A stretch of DNA of 64,000 nt. Origin: Polyangiales bacterium (GTDB taxonomy: Bacteria > Myxococcota_A > Polyangia > Polyangiales > Polyangiaceae). The position numbers and the translations under genes are program-made. Shown piece after piece: positions 8,794 through 18,414 of this stretch. The stretch is taken from contig JBBRNJ010000027.1 of NCBI GenBank assembly GCA_038230375.1, positions 32,498 through 96,497 of the forward strand. The letters run 5' to 3'. The notes below the pieces were generated by a model that was given only the letters and a program-made list of their open reading frames with translations, made no database searches and was not told where the DNA came from. How positions within the stretch are numbered: position 1 is the stretch's first letter; every line of letters starts with the position of its first letter.

Positions 8794-10295
8794 TCAGGGC
8801 AGGATCTTCTGCAGCGCGACCGTCTGGTCCTTGCCCACGATGTAGCCGCCCGGTGGACTGGTCTTGAGGTCGAAGCTCGGGATGCCGCCTTCGAGCGTCG
8901 TGACGCTCGTGATCGTCTTCTCGACGATGGTCATGCGGCCGCCTCTGCTCAGCGCCACGTGCACCACGTCTCCCACGCGCAGCACGTCCGCGCGCACGGC
9001 CTGCCCGTTGCTGAGGAAGGGATGGTTGCGCGTGGCCCGGATGCTTCCGTTGAGGACCACGGTTCCCGTCGCTGAGTCCTCGGTGGGATGAATCATCAGG
9101 CGCTCCACCGTGCGAGGGACGGCGCGCATGGTCGCCTGATCAAAGCCCATGATCACGTCGCCAGGCTTGATGGTGGCGATCTCGCGCAGCGTCCCGTCGG
9201 CCATCATGATCGGCGTGTCTGCGGCGAAGCAGCCACCACCACCAACGCCGCACTTGCCGCAGTTCAGCGTGCCTCCGCAGCCGTCGGTGACGCCAACACC
9301 GCAGGTGTAGTCGGCGCACGTGAGCGGGGTGCAGCCGCACACGTTCGGCTTGCCGGCGCCTCCGCACGAGTTCGGACTGACGCACGCGGCGCCGCACGCC
9401 ACGTTGCCCCCGCAGCCGTTCGGGACGGTGCCGCAGTTCGCTCCAACGGGGCACGCCCCCGACGGCGTGCAGCCGCAGTTGTTCGCCGCGCCGCCGCCGC
9501 CGCACGTGTTGGGGGACAGGCATGCGCCACACGACAGCGTTCCGCCGCAGCCGTTCGCGGGCGCGCCGCAGTTGTCGCCCAGCTGCGGACAGGTCTTTGC
9601 CGTGCAGCCGCAGACGTTCGCGACGCCAGCGCCACCGCACGAGTCCGTGCCGGTGCACGTGCCGCAGTCGAGGACCACGCCGCAGCCATCGCCGACCTGC
9701 CCGCAGTTCTTCCCAGGCCCTTGCAGGTCTTCGGTATGCACGCGACCGCGCTGCACTTGCCGGCGTTGCAGTTCGGCTTCGAGGCGTCCATGCAGGTGCC
9801 GCACACGTACGTCTGCCCGCAGCCGTCGGGGACGGAGCCGCAGTCCGCGGCCTGCGCCACGCAGTTCTTCGGCTTGCACGCGCAGGCGTTCGTCTGTGCG
9901 TCGCATCCGTCGGACGGGTTGGGACAGCCACCGCAATCCAGGAGGGCGCCGCAGCCGTTGTCCACCTTGCCGCAGCTCACCTTCAGCTCGGGGCAGGTCT
10001 TTGGAACGCACGCGCACTTGCCGGCTGTGCACGCGCCCGCCTTGCAGGTGCCGCAGACGAGCGCCTCGCCGCAGCCGTCGTTCTGCGTGCCGCATTCGAA
10101 GCCCTGCATCTGACAGGTCTTCGGAACGCATCCTGCCTTGCCGCCATCACCCAGCGTCACGCCACCTTCGCCCGCCGCGGAAGCGTCGTCGTCCAGGTGA
10201 GCCGCGCTGAAGTCCACGTCCAGCACATTGGCGCAGGCCGCCACCATGAAGGCGACGGGAAGAATGAAGAGGGCAGCGAGGAAATGTTTGCTCAT
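8794..10295 (-). CDS. Cys-rich repeat lipoprotein with C-terminal Hint domain, split by a 1-nt frameshift at ~9712-9714
   Basis: Signal ending VAA-C; seven CxPxTC..CG...(D/N)GCG....CG.C repeats continue across ORFs 9264..10295 and 8794..10131; then GGGG|CFAADT...TRNHPF. Confidence 0.85.
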
Positions 10296-10304
10296 GGGAC
10301 CTCT

Positions 10305-11279
10305 TCAGAACATGCCGATCAGCATGGCACCGCCGCCGAGCGGCCCCGCAGTCGGAACGAGCGACACAGTCGACTCCTTCTTCTTGCTGCCAAGGAACAC
10401 CATCGTGACTCCGCCCGCCAGGAGCACACCGCCCGCGATGAATGACACCGTGGAGACGGGAGCCAGGACGTTGCCGCTCTTCGCTGCGTCCACACCTTCG
10501 CTGTCACACGCGTAGGTGGTGGTGTCGCAGTGCGAACGCACGGTGCTTGCCTTGCCCATGGCCATGAGGCCGGTCACCACGCCAACACCAAGTCCCGCGA
10601 CGCCGACGCCACCAACGATGAAGCCGGCAGTACGCAGCGGACGCGGCTCGGTCGTGGCCAGCTTCTCTGCGATCACCGGGCGCGGCGCCGCGACGGGCTT
10701 CTCGGGAACGGGTGCCCCGACGTCCACCTGCAGCTCCTTGGACTGCCCTTCGCCGAGCTCCACGTCATACGTGGAATCCGTGCGGCCGTCCGCGGCGACG
10801 ACGACGACGAGCTTTCCTGGATCCGTCGTCACAGACACGCCGCTCTCGTGTCGATCGAACGGCGCTGCGCCCCGCGTGATGCGCGCGGTCTCGGGCACGG
10901 TAGGCGCCACGCGAATGGTCAGATGCGCAAGCTTCGGCTCCACGGAGACAAGCTTCTGCGAGAGCAGATCGCGTCGCTTGTCGCCCTTCGGAAAGCCCGC
11001 GATCGCTAGCTTGTAGTGCTCGATGGCCGCGATGAGCTTTCCAATGCGCACCTCGCAGTCGCCCAGATTCACCAGCGTACCGGGTGCGGGATCCAGCGCG
11101 AAGCTGTCCGCGAACTTGGGACACGCAGACGCAAAGTCCCCACCATCACGCAGCCGGACGCCCTCGCGAAACAGCCGCTCGGCATCCCCCGCACCATCCG
11201 CCCGCGCAGTCGACGCAAGCGCAACGAGCGCCAGCAACGAAACAAGCGACGTGACCCGCCTCAAAACCGCTGGTCCCAT
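10305..11279 (-). CDS. Secreted TPR/PEGA-type protein with C-terminal hydrophobic segments and terminal Phe
   Basis: Signal ending ARA-D; AERLFREG...ACPKFADSFALDPAPGTLVNLGDC TPR; ends LIGMF. Confidence 0.85.
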   Translation of the reverse strand: MGPAVLRRVTSLVSLLALVALASTARADGAGDAERLFREGVRLRDGGDFASACPKFADSFALDPAPGTLVNLGDCEVRIGKLIAAIEHYKLAIAGFPKGDKRRDLLSQKLVSVEPKLAHLTIRVAPTVPETARITRGAAPFDRHESGVSVTTDPGKLVVVVAADGRTDSTYDVELGEGQSKELQVDVGAPVPEKPVAAPRPVIAEKLATTEPRPLRTAGFIVGGVGVAGLGVGVVTGLMAMGKASTVRSHCDTTTYACDSEGVDAAKSGNVLAPVSTVSFIAGGVLLAGGVTMVFLGSKKKESTVSLVPTAGPLGGGAMLIGMF

Positions 11280-12886
11280 GGATTCCCCGCCGAAGAATTT
11301 GGAACAGCACGCGGAGAGCCACCCGGAGGTCGAGAAGGCCGAGCAGCAGAGGAGGGGAGGGTAGAGGCCGGTGTCGAGGTCGGTGTCGAGGTCGAAGTCG
11401 GTGTCGAGGTCGAGGTCGGTGTCGAGGTCGAGGTTGGTGTCGAGGTCGAGGTCGGGGTCGAGGTCGAGGTCGGTGTCGAGGTCGAGGTCGAGGTCGAGGT
11501 CGAGTTCGGTGTCGTCGTCGTCGTCGAAGTCGTCGTCGAAGTCGTCGTCGAAGTCGTCGTCGGTGTCGTCGCCGTCGTCGTCGCTATCTCCATCGTCGGC
11601 AGTGGCGCGGACGCCGCCCGTGCCGCTCGGACCTTCAAGAACGCCGCCGCTCCTCCTCCGATCGCCAGGACGAGCACGCCCAGTGCGATGACGATGGCCA
11701 ACGCGGCGCCGTTCGACTTCGCGACGGTGGGCACATGCGACTGCCGGGCCTCCGCGTGGATGGGGCGGTTCGTCGTGAAGCGTGGGTCGAGCAGCTCGGT
11801 GGGCAGTGGCTCGACGCTCGCGTTGAATGGCGCCGGCTGCGGTGGCGGCGCTTGCTGGGCGTGGTTCGGCCATGAACGCGAAGCCGGCGAGGCGGAGGGC
11901 TGCGATGCGTGCGACGGGTCGCGGACCGCCTGGTCGTGGGCGAGCTCGTAGTGGGCGCCAGGCGCCATCGCGGTGGGCGCCACGAGCGTGGGGGAATCGA
12001 TCTCGGGACCGACATCGGCGAGCGCCTGCCGGAGGGCCATCTGCATCGACCGTGCGTCGGAGAAGCGGCCCTCCATCTCGAACTCGAGCGCGCGATCGAT
12101 GACCATCGCGATGGCGACCGGCACGTGTGGCGCGAACGCCAGGAGCTTCGGCATGGGCTCGGTCATCGCGAGCAGCAGCTCCTCGTTCACCGTGTCGGCA
12201 CGGCGTGGACGCTTCCCGGCCAGCAGTGCGAACAGCGTGGCACCCACGGCCCAGATGTCCGTGCGCGCATCCACGGCCTGCCAGCGTCCGCGCGCTTGCT
12301 CCGGCGGCATGTACGCTGGCGTGCCGAGCGTGCTGCCGGTCTGCGTCGCCGAGGCGTCGTTGTTGCCCTCGCGCAGGCGTGCGATGCCGAAGTCGAGCAC
12401 CTTGACCTTGCCGCCCGTCGTGAGAAAGAGGTTCGCGGGCTTGATGTCGCGGTGGATGACGCCGCGCGTGTGAGCGTTCGCCAGGACGTCGAGCACCTCG
12501 TCGCCGATGCGCACGCACTCGCTCACCGAGAGGCGGTCCTTGTTGCCGCGCGTGTGAACGTCGAGCGGACGTCCTTCGAGCAGCTCCATCACCAGGTAGA
12601 CGCTGCCGTCCTCCGCGCGATCGTCATCGAGCACGGAGACCGCACCGGCGTGTTCGAGCTTGTTGGCGACGTAGCCCTCGCGCAGGAATCGCACGACGAG
12701 GCCCTCGTTCCCGGCGAGCTCTTGATGGAGGATCTTGACCGCAGCGCGTTTGCCATTGCGGTGGGTCGCCGAGTACACGGCCGCGGTGCCGCCCACGCCG
12801 AGCAGGGCGTCGAGCTGCCACTTGTCCTTGAGGACGGTGCCGACGCGGGCGCGTGCGCTGGCCTGGATGGTAGAAACCGCGGTCAT
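11261..12886 (-). CDS. Hanks-type Ser/Thr protein kinase with TM helix and Ser/Thr-repeat tail
   Basis: LGVGGTAAVY, AVK, HRDIKPAN, DFG, YMPPEQ; TM ALAIVIALGVLVLAIGG. Confidence 0.95.
   Translation of the reverse strand: MTAVSTIQASARARVGTVLKDKWQLDALLGVGGTAAVYSATHRNGKRAAVKILHQELAGNEGLVVRFLREGYVANKLEHAGAVSVLDDDRAEDGSVYLVMELLEGRPLDVHTRGNKDRLSVSECVRIGDEVLDVLANAHTRGVIHRDIKPANLFLTTGGKVKVLDFGIARLREGNNDASATQTGSTLGTPAYMPPEQARGRWQAVDARTDIWAVGATLFALLAGKRPRRADTVNEELLLAMTEPMPKLLAFAPHVPVAIAMVIDRALEFEMEGRFSDARSMQMALRQALADVGPEIDSPTLVAPTAMAPGAHYELAHDQAVRDPSHASQPSASPASRSWPNHAQQAPPPQPAPFNASVEPLPTELLDPRFTTNRPIHAEARQSHVPTVAKSNGAALAIVIALGVLVLAIGGGAAAFLKVRAARAASAPLPTMEIATTTATTPTTTSTTTSTTTSTTTTTPNSTSTSTSTSTPTSTSTPTSTSTPTSTSTPTSTSTPTSTSTPTSTPASTLPSSAARPSRPPGGSPRAVPNSSAGNPWDQRF
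11371..11584. repeat. (GTCGAG)n and (GTC)n tandem repeat encoding Thr/Ser(/Pro) runs
   Basis: Directly visible hexamer and trimer array inside the kinase tail. Confidence 0.95.
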
Positions 12887-13013
12887 CCAGCCTTGAACGT
12901 AGCATGCAGTCGTGATTCAGGACCCGTTCCAGGCTGCGGCGAGGGCGCACAAGGTGCGAGGTGTGAATGCCCGTGGTTGCGCTGCCGCTTCGGTTTCAGT
13001 AAAAGTCTCTCAC

Positions 13014-14537
13014 ATGAAAAAGGGTGTATTCGCAGTGTTGATGCTTGCCGCCATGTCGAGCGGTCTGACCTTCACGGTTGGCTGCGTTGGCGGCGGCAAG
13101 GGGATCTCGGCGGAGGACAAGGAGCGGCTCGCCCCGTACATCCTCGAGGCCCTCCCGGCTGACGTGACCCACAAGGTCGACATCAACTTCGAGAACAAGG
13201 TTCACGTCGTCGGCTACAAGTTCGATCCGGAGAACGCGAAGCCTGGTCAGGAGATCAAGCTCACGTACTACTGGCGCTGTGACGACACCGTCGAGCAGGG
13301 CTGGGCGCTCTTCACGCACGTCCAGATCGACGGCGCCGAGAAGCCAGACAACCTGGACTGGAGCGGCCCGATCCGCGCGGAGAAGGACAAGCGCCAGGTG
13401 CTCGGTCCCGATCGCTGGGAGAAGGGGAAGATCTACGTCGACGAGCAGACCTATACGGTCCCCGCCACGCCCACGGGCCCCGAGGCCACCGTGTTCACCG
13501 GCATCTGGAAGGGCGACGCGCGCCTCCGCGTGATCAGCGGCCCGAACGACGGCGACAACCGCGCCATCATCGGCAAGTTCAAGACCGGCGTCGCCAAGGT
13601 CGAGGAGCCGAAGAAGACGCTCAACGACGTTCCGCAGATCATGATCGGCAAGCTCGCCGCGAACGACAAGATCACGATCGACGGCAAGGCCGACGAGAAG
13701 GCATGGGGGGCAGCCGCCGGCACCGGCCCTTTCGTTGATGTGGGGACGGGGCGCCCAGCCGCCGCGTCTCCTGTGAAGGGTGAAGCCAAGCTCCTCTGGG
13801 ACGACAGCTTCCTCTACGTCTTCGCGAACGTCACCGATCCGGATGTCACCGGCTACTTCACGGACAAGGCGTCGCAGCCGAAGGACTGGACCGTGCCCGG
13901 CCAGCCGAAGCTGTGGACCAAGCACACGTTCGAGATGATGGTCGACCCCGACGGCGACGGCGACAACGTGAACTACTACGAGCTGCAGGTGAACCCGCAG
14001 AACAAGCTGTTCCACTCACAGTTCGACACGTACAACGCCCCCAAGGCACCCGGCGATGACGGTCCCTTCGGACACGAGGACTGGGATCCGGGTCTGAAGA
14101 GCGCGGTCGTCGTGAAGGGCACGATCGACAAACACGACGACAAGGACGAGGGCTACGCGATCGAGCTCCAGATCCCGTGGAAGGCATACGCGAAGGGCGC
14201 GAAGCAGCTGCCGCCGAAGCACGGCGACACCTGGCGCGTGAATTTCTACGCCATGCAGGACAACGGTGGCGTCTCGTTCTCGCCGATCCTCGGACAAGGG
14301 AACTTCCACAAGTCGTCGCGCTTCGGACGTGTGATGTTCGTGGTGCCCGGTCAACCGATCCCTGGCGCCAGTGATGCAGGGGCAGGGGAGGCTGGCGCTC
14401 CGACCGCAGAAGGAGGCGCGCCCGTGGCTGTTCCGCTCGACGCCGCCGCAGCCGCTGCGCTCCTCGAGCCGTACCTCTGGGACGGCGGAATTCGTCGTCC
14501 GCGGATCCACTCGCCGCCGCGCCCGCAGATGCCCTGA
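13014..14537 (+). CDS. Lipoprotein with CBM9-like (DOMON-like) sugar-binding domain
   Basis: Signal ending TVG-C; ITIDGKADEKAW, AKLLWDDSFLYV, YYELQVNP, GDTWRVNFY. Confidence 0.8.
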   Translation: MKKGVFAVLMLAAMSSGLTFTVGCVGGGKGISAEDKERLAPYILEALPADVTHKVDINFENKVHVVGYKFDPENAKPGQEIKLTYYWRCDDTVEQGWALFTHVQIDGAEKPDNLDWSGPIRAEKDKRQVLGPDRWEKGKIYVDEQTYTVPATPTGPEATVFTGIWKGDARLRVISGPNDGDNRAIIGKFKTGVAKVEEPKKTLNDVPQIMIGKLAANDKITIDGKADEKAWGAAAGTGPFVDVGTGRPAAASPVKGEAKLLWDDSFLYVFANVTDPDVTGYFTDKASQPKDWTVPGQPKLWTKHTFEMMVDPDGDGDNVNYYELQVNPQNKLFHSQFDTYNAPKAPGDDGPFGHEDWDPGLKSAVVVKGTIDKHDDKDEGYAIELQIPWKAYAKGAKQLPPKHGDTWRVNFYAMQDNGGVSFSPILGQGNFHKSSRFGRVMFVVPGQPIPGASDAGAGEAGAPTAEGGAPVAVPLDAAAAAALLEPYLWDGGIRRPRIHSPPRPQMP

Positions 14538-14652
14538 GTCGCTGTGAAGGGCCTCCGGACACGCAGGATTCTTATCGAAGCACTTAGAGCGCGCCCGCGA
14601 ACTCTGCTTGAAATTCGATAGGCGGGTGAAAGCTCCGATACGATATTCGGTG

Positions 14653-15708
14653 ATGCGCTCGCTTCCCATTTGTGCGGTCGTCCTCTGTCTTGCGTCTTTG
14701 CCCTCCGTCGCGCTCGCCGACGGTCCGGACAAGTCGAACTCCTCGTTTCGCCTTCGCCAGGGTGACACGGCAGGAGGCGCCGCCGAGATGGGACGAAGCA
14801 GCGCGCGCGCAGGCGACTGCGCCACGGCGCTCGACCACTTCGACCGGGCGATCTCGGTACACCCCGACCCGGCGGTCGTTCGCGATCGTGGCCTCTGTCA
14901 CGACAAGCTCAATCACCCGTACCCGGCCATCAAGGACCTCCGCGCGTACCTCGCGGAGCGCCCGGACGCGCCCGATAGCGATCAGATTCGCGGCCGTCTC
15001 GGCGCGCTCGAGTCGTCCGTGGGCATCTCCAAGGAAGACAACAAGGGTGACTCCGAGAAGGTCGCCGACACCCCCGCGCAGCGCGCCGCGCTCGAGAACC
15101 TGATCGACGAAGAGCGCCTGTCCGATGACGCCTCCACATCACCGCTGCGCCGCGCCTCGGGCTTCTCTCTGGGCGTCTACGGCGGCATGCGAACGTACTT
15201 CGGCAGCGGCAAGGGCTCCATCAAACCGGACGGTAGCACCACCCCGCAGGTGAACGGGTTCTTCGACACGGGCCACAGTGACGACCTCAACTACGAGGTT
15301 GGCTTCACCGGCCGCTACGCCGTCGGCGCCTACTTCGACCTCCTGGCGCAAGGCGGTCTCGTGAACACGGGCAAGGTCGGCTCCTCCAGCGCCGCCAGTG
15401 GCCCGGGCTTCTTGCTCGCAGGGCAGCTTCGCATCCCGTTCGGCAAGTACAGCTCCGATCAGCTCCTCGTCGCGGTCGGGCCGGGCTACGAGCGATACTC
15501 CAACAAGCTCACCGCCACCGCATCTGTGATCAACTTCACGGGGCGTCTGGGCTACCGCCACGTGTTCGGCCACAACCTGGGGCTGGAGTTTGCAGGGTAC
15601 GGCGGGCTCGCGCACTTCAGCTTCGTGGACGCGCCGGGGCCCGCCAACATCAACGACGTGAACGTCGGGATCCTTGGGCTGCAGTTGAATCTGCTCCTCG
15701 GTTTCTAG
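14653..15708 (+). CDS. Secreted TPR protein with probable C-terminal outer-membrane beta-barrel
   Basis: Signal ending ALA-D; TPR helices; alternating hydrophobic strands ending LNLLLGF. Confidence 0.7.
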   Translation: MRSLPICAVVLCLASLPSVALADGPDKSNSSFRLRQGDTAGGAAEMGRSSARAGDCATALDHFDRAISVHPDPAVVRDRGLCHDKLNHPYPAIKDLRAYLAERPDAPDSDQIRGRLGALESSVGISKEDNKGDSEKVADTPAQRAALENLIDEERLSDDASTSPLRRASGFSLGVYGGMRTYFGSGKGSIKPDGSTTPQVNGFFDTGHSDDLNYEVGFTGRYAVGAYFDLLAQGGLVNTGKVGSSSAASGPGFLLAGQLRIPFGKYSSDQLLVAVGPGYERYSNKLTATASVINFTGRLGYRHVFGHNLGLEFAGYGGLAHFSFVDAPGPANINDVNVGILGLQLNLLLGF

Positions 15709-15753
15709 CCACTTTTCCTCGCGCCCCTGCGTCCTCTGATAGTGTGACGGGCC

Positions 15754-18339
15754 GTGCCGCGGTCCTCCGAAGCGATCGACCTGTTGCCGGGGACCACGCG
15801 CGAGCGTGCCGCGGCCGTACTCCTGTTCGTCGTGACGTGTGGCAGCGCGCTCTCGCTGGGCTCTCTGCACACCGCGTGGCTCTGTGTGTGGACGCTGCTG
15901 GCAGTGGTGTGCACCGGCCTGCTCTTCTGGGGAGGGGCGTCACTGCCGCTGCGCCCGGCTGCGCGGATCTTGCTCGTGACCGCGGTCGGGCTCACGGTCT
16001 ACACGGCGCTGACCCTGGTCCCATTGCCAGCCGGGCTACTCGCCAAGATCGCGCCCGAGAACGCAGACGTCTGGTCGCGCGCTCTCACGCCGCTCCACGA
16101 GCCTGGCCCTGGCGCCGCGCCGCTCTCGCTCGACCCGACGGCGACCCGCGTACAGCTCCTGCGCGCGCTGTTCTACGTGCTGGTGTTCGTGAGCGGTCTA
16201 CGCATCGCCGCAACGCGCGAGGGCACCCGATTCCTGGAGCGCGCGCTGGTGCTCGCAGCGGTGGTGATGGCGCTCGCCGCGCTCGCACACCCGGCAACGG
16301 GTGCTACGCGCGTGTTTGGAACGTACGAGCCACTGGAGCCGTCCATGTACGGCGTCAATCACATCGCGCCGCTGCTCAACGGCAATCACCTTGCCGCGTT
16401 CGTGAACGTCGGCTTCTTGCTCGCGGTGTCGTCGCTCTTGCGACCGCGCCACCCACTCATGCCGCCACCGCTCGCTGCTGGAGCCGCTGCGCTGCTGCTC
16501 GGCACCACGGTCTTCACCGGATCGCGCGGAGGAGTGGGCGCTGCTGCCGTCGCGCTGGTCGCGTTGCTGGTGGTCGCGTTCGTGTCCCGGCAGGCGTCTC
16601 GCAGCGTCCTCGTCGTGTCCACCGTGCTTGTCGTGATGGGCCTTGGCGGCGCGGTCTTCGCCACCCTGGCCTTCAGCGATGAAGTGGTCGAGAAGATGGC
16701 CGGTGGTGATTTCTCCAAGCTGCGCCTCATCGCGAACGCGTGCGAGTTGGTCAAAGCAACGCCAGTGTTCGGTGTGGGCCGCGGCGCGTTCGAGTCCACC
16801 TTCCCATCCGTACGCGACCGCCTGGGGCTCGACTACTTCGTGTTCACGCACCCCGAAAACCTCGTGGCCCAATGGGCCAGCGAGTGGGGCATTCCGGTGA
16901 CGGTCCTGGCGCTGGCCGGCATCGGTTACGCGCTGCGGCCACAGACAGTCCTCGGGCGCTCGCTTCCTCCGATCGGCGCGTGGGCCGCGCTTGTCATGGC
17001 GGCACTGCACAACATGGTCGACTTCAACTCTGAAGTCCCGGGGGTGATGTGCGCGTTCGTGCTCTGTGCGGCCTGCTGCGTCGCGGGCACCGCTGGCCGC
17101 GGCATCAGCGGCCCCCGTTCGTCGCTGCGTCCAGCGTTCGCTCTCGCGATCGGAGGATGGGCCATCGCGGTCGGCGTGTGGGCGCTTTTGGCAAGCGACG
17201 GGGAGCTCGGTCCTGATCAGCGCGCGCTGCGGAAGCTCGCTCTGGAGCAGCCGCAGGAGCGAGACGAGTTCCATGCCGCAGCCCGCAAGGCCATGTTACG
17301 GCACCCATCCGAGCCGTTCCTTCCGTACATGGGGGAGCTGCGAGCGGCGGCGGCGCACGATGAGTCGCTCATCCCGTGGGCTGCATGCGCGCTCGAACGC
17401 AGTCGGCTGTTCGGGCGTGTGCACCTGCTGCTCGCGCGCTCGATGTTCGCGCGCCCGGGGCAAGCGCGCCTGGAGTACAAGCTTGCTTACGGACAGGACA
17501 ACTCGCTGCGTTCGTACGTGTCCGTGGAGTGTATGCCTCTGGTGAAAAGCTACGAGGACGCCATGGAGCTCGTGGCGGACGAGCCTGCCGGCATGCTGCT
17601 CCTGGGCGAGCTCTCCGACAGGCTCACCACCGTCCTACCCGCGACGGCCGTTCGGCTCGACGAGGAGCTCCTTCGGCGCGATCCGAATGCCACGACTCCG
17701 CTCCAACATGCCCTCACCAACGACCTGCACGACATCACCGACGGCGAGCCGTGGTGCGCGGGCGAGGCGCGCGCCCACTGCATTCAGGAAGCGCAAGTGG
17801 ACGCCGACCACCTCGTGGCAGTGCGGCCATCGTCGTGCGATGGCTGGGCGCTGCGGTCGGAGCTGCTGCTCCTCAAGGGCGATACCAAGCACGCCGTCGA
17901 AGATCTGTCCGCCGCGGTCGACCAGGCCGATGACCGGCCAGGCTGCGCAAGGGCGTCCGTTCGCCTTGCGGTGGCAACCGGTCAGGCGATCTTCGTGGAG
18001 CAGGCCGTCGAACGGCTCGCCAAGATCGCGTGTGCAACGACCGATGAGTGTGTGGCTTCTATGGTGTTCATCGCCGAGGTGGAGCGCGCCACGCACAATG
18101 ATCGGCGCGCGCTGTTCTATTACAAGCGCGCGCTGGAGATGAATCCCACCGAGGTCTCGTATCTCGTCGCGGTCGCGCAGATCGCGGAGCAGAGCAACCT
18201 GCACGGCGAGGCGGCCGCGGCATACGCAAAGCTCGCGACGGCGCAGCCTCAGGTTCCGCACTGGGCGGCCAAGCGGGACGAGCACCAGCAAGCCGTCAAA
18301 GACCTCGCCCTCGAGAACTTGACCGCGCCAAAACCGTGA
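15754..18339 (+). CDS. O-antigen ligase/Wzy_C family membrane protein with C-terminal TPRs
   Basis: About 12 TM helices; NGNHLA, FTGSRGG, PVFGVGRGAF, HPEN, HNMVDF motifs. Confidence 0.85.
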   Translation: MPRSSEAIDLLPGTTRERAAAVLLFVVTCGSALSLGSLHTAWLCVWTLLAVVCTGLLFWGGASLPLRPAARILLVTAVGLTVYTALTLVPLPAGLLAKIAPENADVWSRALTPLHEPGPGAAPLSLDPTATRVQLLRALFYVLVFVSGLRIAATREGTRFLERALVLAAVVMALAALAHPATGATRVFGTYEPLEPSMYGVNHIAPLLNGNHLAAFVNVGFLLAVSSLLRPRHPLMPPPLAAGAAALLLGTTVFTGSRGGVGAAAVALVALLVVAFVSRQASRSVLVVSTVLVVMGLGGAVFATLAFSDEVVEKMAGGDFSKLRLIANACELVKATPVFGVGRGAFESTFPSVRDRLGLDYFVFTHPENLVAQWASEWGIPVTVLALAGIGYALRPQTVLGRSLPPIGAWAALVMAALHNMVDFNSEVPGVMCAFVLCAACCVAGTAGRGISGPRSSLRPAFALAIGGWAIAVGVWALLASDGELGPDQRALRKLALEQPQERDEFHAAARKAMLRHPSEPFLPYMGELRAAAAHDESLIPWAACALERSRLFGRVHLLLARSMFARPGQARLEYKLAYGQDNSLRSYVSVECMPLVKSYEDAMELVADEPAGMLLLGELSDRLTTVLPATAVRLDEELLRRDPNATTPLQHALTNDLHDITDGEPWCAGEARAHCIQEAQVDADHLVAVRPSSCDGWALRSELLLLKGDTKHAVEDLSAAVDQADDRPGCARASVRLAVATGQAIFVEQAVERLAKIACATTDECVASMVFIAEVERATHNDRRALFYYKRALEMNPTEVSYLVAVAQIAEQSNLHGEAAAAYAKLATAQPQVPHWAAKRDEHQQAVKDLALENLTAPKP

Positions 18340-18414
18340 CGGTCGTCGCGCGCGAGGCGCACGGATCCAGGCTGAAGTCGCCATCAAGGTCCAACCCGGC
18401 GGCCACGTCGACCG

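Noticed and set aside
8794..9231. Hint domain as a canonical splicing intein
   Set aside because: No terminal His-Asn, no real C-extein, no endonuclease, and the host is a secreted protein.
11280..12518. (DL)n frames running through the hexamer repeats into the downstream genes (also 59585..60151)
   Set aside because: Downstream genes have their own starts and signal peptides, and hexamer slippage cannot change frame.
14538..14650. Riboswitch or ncRNA in the larger intergenic gaps (also 27392-27550, 39795-40081, 45349-45523)
   Set aside because: No family consensus recognised by eye; an Rfam/Infernal scan would be needed to exclude it.
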